Shown in pieces: positions 38,565 through 41,933 of a DNA stretch of 41,933 nt. Location of the stretch: assembly GCA_902772685.1 (NCBI GenBank), contig CACYBO010000080.1:1-41933 (forward strand), given 5' to 3'. The first letter of the stretch is position 1, and each line of letters starts with the position of its first letter. Under the pieces are notes generated by a model. It worked only from the letters and a program-made list of their open reading frames with translations. It ran no database searches and was not told where the DNA came from. Position numbers and translations under genes: made by a program. Origin of the DNA: an uncultured Eubacteriales bacterium. GTDB taxonomy: Bacteria; Bacillota; Clostridia; Peptostreptococcales; Anaerovoracaceae.

Positions 38565-40010
38565 CTAATATACGCAGACTCTGGTCTTAATAGGAATCGT
38601 GTTGTATATCCATTTAGCCTGACTCTTCGTGTTTCTCACGCAGCCGCCGCTGTGCGGAACGCCGAAGCAGCTCGGGTTGCCCCATGAATGCATAGCAACC
38701 TGTGAGTAGAACATTGTCCAGTATGACAGGCTGTGTCTGCTTCTTACTTTCCTGAAGACTTTCCAGTTTCCTGTAGCTGTGCAGCTCATCAGCTTACCGG
38801 ATGAAATCTCCCAGTTCTTACCCTTGATGGACTTCCACTTACCCTTGGAGCCCTTGAAGAAGTAAATATGCTGCGTGTACAGGCTGATCCATACCAGATA
38901 CTTGGTATTGCTCTTCAGCTTCATATGGTTGACGAAGTCCTCTGCTTCCTTAGGCGAATAGGTTATCTTCTTGCTGTATATGAGTTTCTTGTTGTTTCCA
39001 AGGACTCTCGGATAGAAATTGATCTTGGAGTTGTTGTCGCTCTTGCAGACTCTGAATCTGCTGCATACGAACCCCTTGGCGATGTATTTCTTTCCCTTCT
39101 TCAGTTTCATGCCTCTCTTCTTACCCTGCGCGGATGTGTAGGCATATCCGCTCCTCTTCGGAGTGAAGGTAGCATACAGCGCACGGACAGGCTTGCAGTT
39201 GTCAATCACTTTAGCCTTGCCGTATATGGTCTTCCCATTTACGTTCTTAAACGCCTTAACGGAGAACTTATACGTTGCGAGGGATGTTCCTTTACGCTCC
39301 ATCGCTCTGACTCTCCAGGTTATCTTGCTTGAAGTTTCTTTTACGCCCTTGACTTCTTTCGGAGTGTCTTTATACAGGTTCTTTTTCTTGTCATATCTGT
39401 ATACGACATAACCGTCCGCATTCGGAACCGGATCCCATGACAGATTGACTGAAGCAAAGTCAGACGTATATTTGAGGTTTTTAATATCACCGACTGTAGT
39501 AGCCTGAGGCGTTAATTTGCACTCATTGCTGGAAACGACTGTCTCGCCTTCTTTTGACTCAACAACAAACGTATACGCAGTTCCATTGGTAAGTCCTGTC
39601 TTCTCATACGTCATGGTTGTAGACGGAATATTTGTGGCGATTTCCTGACCATTCATTTTAACGGTAAACACCGTTTCCGCAGTAACTTCACCCGATACTG
39701 ACCACTCAAGAGAGACCTGACCGTCCCCGGCTTTTCCTGAGAGCGCAATTGCACTTACTGTCTGTGCTTCCAGGGTTACCGGTTCTTCCTCCGGAGTTCC
39801 CTCATCGATAGGTTCTTCCACAGTTGCATCCGGGTCCTCGGCTTCTTCAGCGATACCCTCTTCAGGCTCTGCCTGTGGAATGTCTTCCTCTGTTACTGTC
39901 ACTTCAGGTTCAGAACCTTCTGCCGGCGCTTTTGTTATCGCCATTACATCGGCAAATGAAAAAGTCACCATCACAGCGATTGAAACAGCAACGCATAATG
40001 CTTTCCTCAT
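38565..40010 (-). CDS. Secreted L,D-transpeptidase (YkuD family) with FN3-like domains
   Basis: Signal peptide from ATG 40010 (GAGG upstream); acidic linker; GLTNGTAYTF FN3; ISLYTQ, ISSGK..TATG, H...SGGCVR catalytic motif. Confidence 0.85.
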   Translation of the reverse strand: MRKALCVAVSIAVMVTFSFADVMAITKAPAEGSEPEVTVTEEDIPQAEPEEGIAEEAEDPDATVEEPIDEGTPEEEPVTLEAQTVSAIALSGKAGDGQVSLEWSVSGEVTAETVFTVKMNGQEIATNIPSTTMTYEKTGLTNGTAYTFVVESKEGETVVSSNECKLTPQATTVGDIKNLKYTSDFASVNLSWDPVPNADGYVVYRYDKKKNLYKDTPKEVKGVKETSSKITWRVRAMERKGTSLATYKFSVKAFKNVNGKTIYGKAKVIDNCKPVRALYATFTPKRSGYAYTSAQGKKRGMKLKKGKKYIAKGFVCSRFRVCKSDNNSKINFYPRVLGNNKKLIYSKKITYSPKEAEDFVNHMKLKSNTKYLVWISLYTQHIYFFKGSKGKWKSIKGKNWEISSGKLMSCTATGNWKVFRKVRSRHSLSYWTMFYSQVAMHSWGNPSCFGVPHSGGCVRNTKSQAKWIYNTIPIKTRVCVY

Positions 40011-40063
40011 AATACCTCTTCCTTTCAATCTGAAATCATTTTTCATACATAAATCGTCAAAAC

Positions 40064-40092
40064 ATAATAACACATATTTTGCCCGATTTCAA
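40064..40092 (-). promoter_or_regulatory. Sigma-A-type promoter for the L,D-transpeptidase gene (possibly continuing into the YfhO-family and lipoprotein genes)
   Basis: Minus strand TTGAAA-17 nt-TATTAT with a TG extension. Confidence 0.7.
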
Positions 40093-40103
40093 CCAAAATA
40101 GCG

Positions 40104-40973
40104 TCACAGCAGCGAAAGCAGATACTTGCCGTATTCGGTCATAGAGAGTTCCTCTCCGATTGCTCTGAGCTGGTCATCATCAATGAATCCGCGGCGCCAT
40201 ACGATTTCTTCGAGGCAGGCAATATAGAATCCCTGACGCGCCTGAACCGCCTCGACAAATTCTGCGGCTTTGAGCATTCCTTCCGGGCTGCCTGTATCCA
40301 GCCAGGCCATTCCTCTCTTCATCAAAGCAACCTTGAGCCTGCCGGCTTCCAGGTATGCATTGTTCACCGATGTGATTTCCACCTCGCCTCTTGCAGACGG
40401 CTTGACGTTCTTCGCAATTTCTATGACATTGTTGTCGTAGAAGTAAAGCCCCGGAACCGCGAAGTTCGACTTCGGAACCGCCGGCTTCTCTTCGATGGAA
40501 ATAACATTGTTGTCCTCATCGAACTCAACTACGCCAAAAGCAGTTGCGTCCTTTACCGGATAACCAAACACCATGGCTCCTCCGGCTTCAGCGATCTGCC
40601 TCTTTGACTCGTTCAGGATCTTCGTCAGATCCTGCCCGTAAAATACATTGTCGCCGAGGACCAGACACACATCATCATCACCGATGAATTCCTCGCCTAC
40701 GATGAAGGCGTCTGCCAGTCCTCTCGGCTTATCCTGGATTTTGTACTGGAAGTTGACGCCCAATTTGCTTCCGTCGCCCAGCAGATCCTCATAGTCTCCG
40801 ATATCAGCAGGCGTGGATATGATCAGAATATCCTTGATTCCCGCCAGAAGCAGAACGGATATCGGATAATAAACAAGCGGTTTGTCGTATATCGGCAGAA
40901 GCTGTTTTGATATTGCTTTTGTCATTGGATACAGACGTGTGCCCTTACCGCCGGCCAGTATGATTCCCTTCAT
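40104..40973 (-). CDS. rfbA: Glucose-1-phosphate thymidylyltransferase
   Basis: [47 protein letters not shown]. Confidence 0.96.
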   Translation of the reverse strand: MKGIILAGGKGTRLYPMTKAISKQLLPIYDKPLVYYPISVLLLAGIKDILIISTPADIGDYEDLLGDGSKLGVNFQYKIQDKPRGLADAFIVGEEFIGDDDVCLVLGDNVFYGQDLTKILNESKRQIAEAGGAMVFGYPVKDATAFGVVEFDEDNNVISIEEKPAVPKSNFAVPGLYFYDNNVIEIAKNVKPSARGEVEITSVNNAYLEAGRLKVALMKRGMAWLDTGSPEGMLKAAEFVEAVQARQGFYIACLEEIVWRRGFIDDDQLRAIGEELSMTEYGKYLLSLL

Positions 40974-40991
40974 GATTTACACCTCCCGGTT

Positions 40992-41933
40992 TTACCCTTT
41001 GTAGAAGTCTCTGATTTTATCTGTGATCTGCTCCACTTCCTCCAATGTCAGTCCGTAGTACATCGGAAGTCTGAGCAGTCTGCTGCTGATATCCGTCGTA
41101 TACCTGTCTTCCCCATGGAATCTTCCATACTTCAGCCCCGCCTTCGCGGAATGGAGCGGAACATAGTGGAACACGGCCTGCACCTCGTTGTCCCTGAGAT
41201 GCTGTATCAGTTTCCCGCGCTCTTCAATGCTCCCGGTCATGATATAAAACATGTGGGCGTTGTGTGCGCATTCTTCCGGTATTATCGGAAGTTCCAGGAT
41301 ACCCTTTTTCTGCAAAGGCTCCAGCATCTCATAATACGCCCGCCAGGAAGCGAGTCTCGCGTCGTTGATCCTGTCCGCCTCTTCAAGCTGCGCCCAAAGA
41401 TAAGCGGCGTTCATATCACTCGGAAGAAAAGAAGAACCCACACTCACCCATGAGTACTTGTCCACCTGTCCTCTCAGGAACCTGCTCCTGTCAGTGCCCT
41501 TTTCTCTCACGATTTCCGCTTCTTCTGCTTTGACCGGATCTTTGATCAGGATGGCACCGCCTTCGCCCATGCTGTAATTCTTCGTCTCATGAAAGCTGAA
41601 ACAGCCGAAGTCGCCCATGCTTCCGAGGGCCCTGCCTTTGTACGATGCCATGACGCCCTGCGCGGCGTCTTCCACGACAGTGAGCCCATGCCGCTCGGCG
41701 ATCTCCATGATGGTATCCATCTCACATCCAACCCCGGCGTAGTGAACAGGCGCGATCACTCTCGTTCTGTCCGTGATGGCGTCTTCAATGAGTTTTTCAT
41801 CTATGTTCTTCGTATCCGGTCTGATATCGACGAAGACGAGTTTCGCACCCCGGAGCACGAAGGCATTGGCTGTCGACACGAACGTGAATGACGGCAGGAT
41901 GACCTCGTCACCCTCCTGAATGCCGGACAGCAG
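40992..41933 (-). CDS. wecE: dTDP-4-amino-4,6-dideoxygalactose transaminase; 5' end outside the window
   Basis: Frame open to the window end (LLSGIQEGDEVILPSFTFVSTANAFVLRGA); EDAAQG, SFHETKN (PLP Lys), EKGTDRSRFLRGQVDKYSW, VFHYVPLH. Confidence 0.92.
   Translation of the reverse strand: MLSGIQEGDEVILPSFTFVSTANAFVLRGAKLVFVDIRPDTKNIDEKLIEDAITDRTRVIAPVHYAGVGCEMDTIMEIAERHGLTVVEDAAQGVMASYKGRALGSMGDFGCFSFHETKNYSMGEGGAILIKDPVKAEEAEIVREKGTDRSRFLRGQVDKYSWVSVGSSFLPSDMNAAYLWAQLEEADRINDARLASWRAYYEMLEPLQKKGILELPIIPEECAHNAHMFYIMTGSIEERGKLIQHLRDNEVQAVFHYVPLHSAKAGLKYGRFHGEDRYTTDISSRLLRLPMYYGLTLEEVEQITDKIRDFYKG

Overview
Gene-dense cell-envelope locus from a low-GC Gram-positive (Bacillota, probably Clostridia) genome, about 31 CDS and mostly on the minus strand. 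The core is a wall-teichoic-acid-type polymer pathway: tagD, five TagF/TagB-type phosphotransferase domains in four genes, and a TagG/TagH exporter. Several tailoring modules surround it. (i) A cassette of cytidylyltransferase/Gfo-Idh-MocA fusion, LicD-TPR, degenerate LicD, ThDP enzyme and SDR, predicted to build and transfer an unusual CDP-activated substituent. (ii) RmlA, RmlB and WecE without RmlC/RmlD, plus a divergently transcribed operon (PaaK/F390-like adenylating enzyme, GtrB/ArnC-like GT2, two ATP-grasp ligases) and two GT-C-like membrane proteins, suggesting an N-aminoacylated amino-sugar decoration. (iii) An acylation/deacylation set: ACP, MBOAT with a C-terminal FIYRGF motif, SGNH protein, acyltransferase-3 and CE4 deacetylase. 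Secreted wall-remodelling enzymes are interspersed: an L,D-transpeptidase, two paralogous Cys/His NlpC/P60-like proteins, and a Pce-like metallo-beta-lactamase-fold esterase missed by the ORF track at the left edge. Several sigma-A-like promoters are visible. No rRNA, tRNA, CRISPR array or mobile element was recognised. All functional calls come from motif recognition by eye; no database searches were run.
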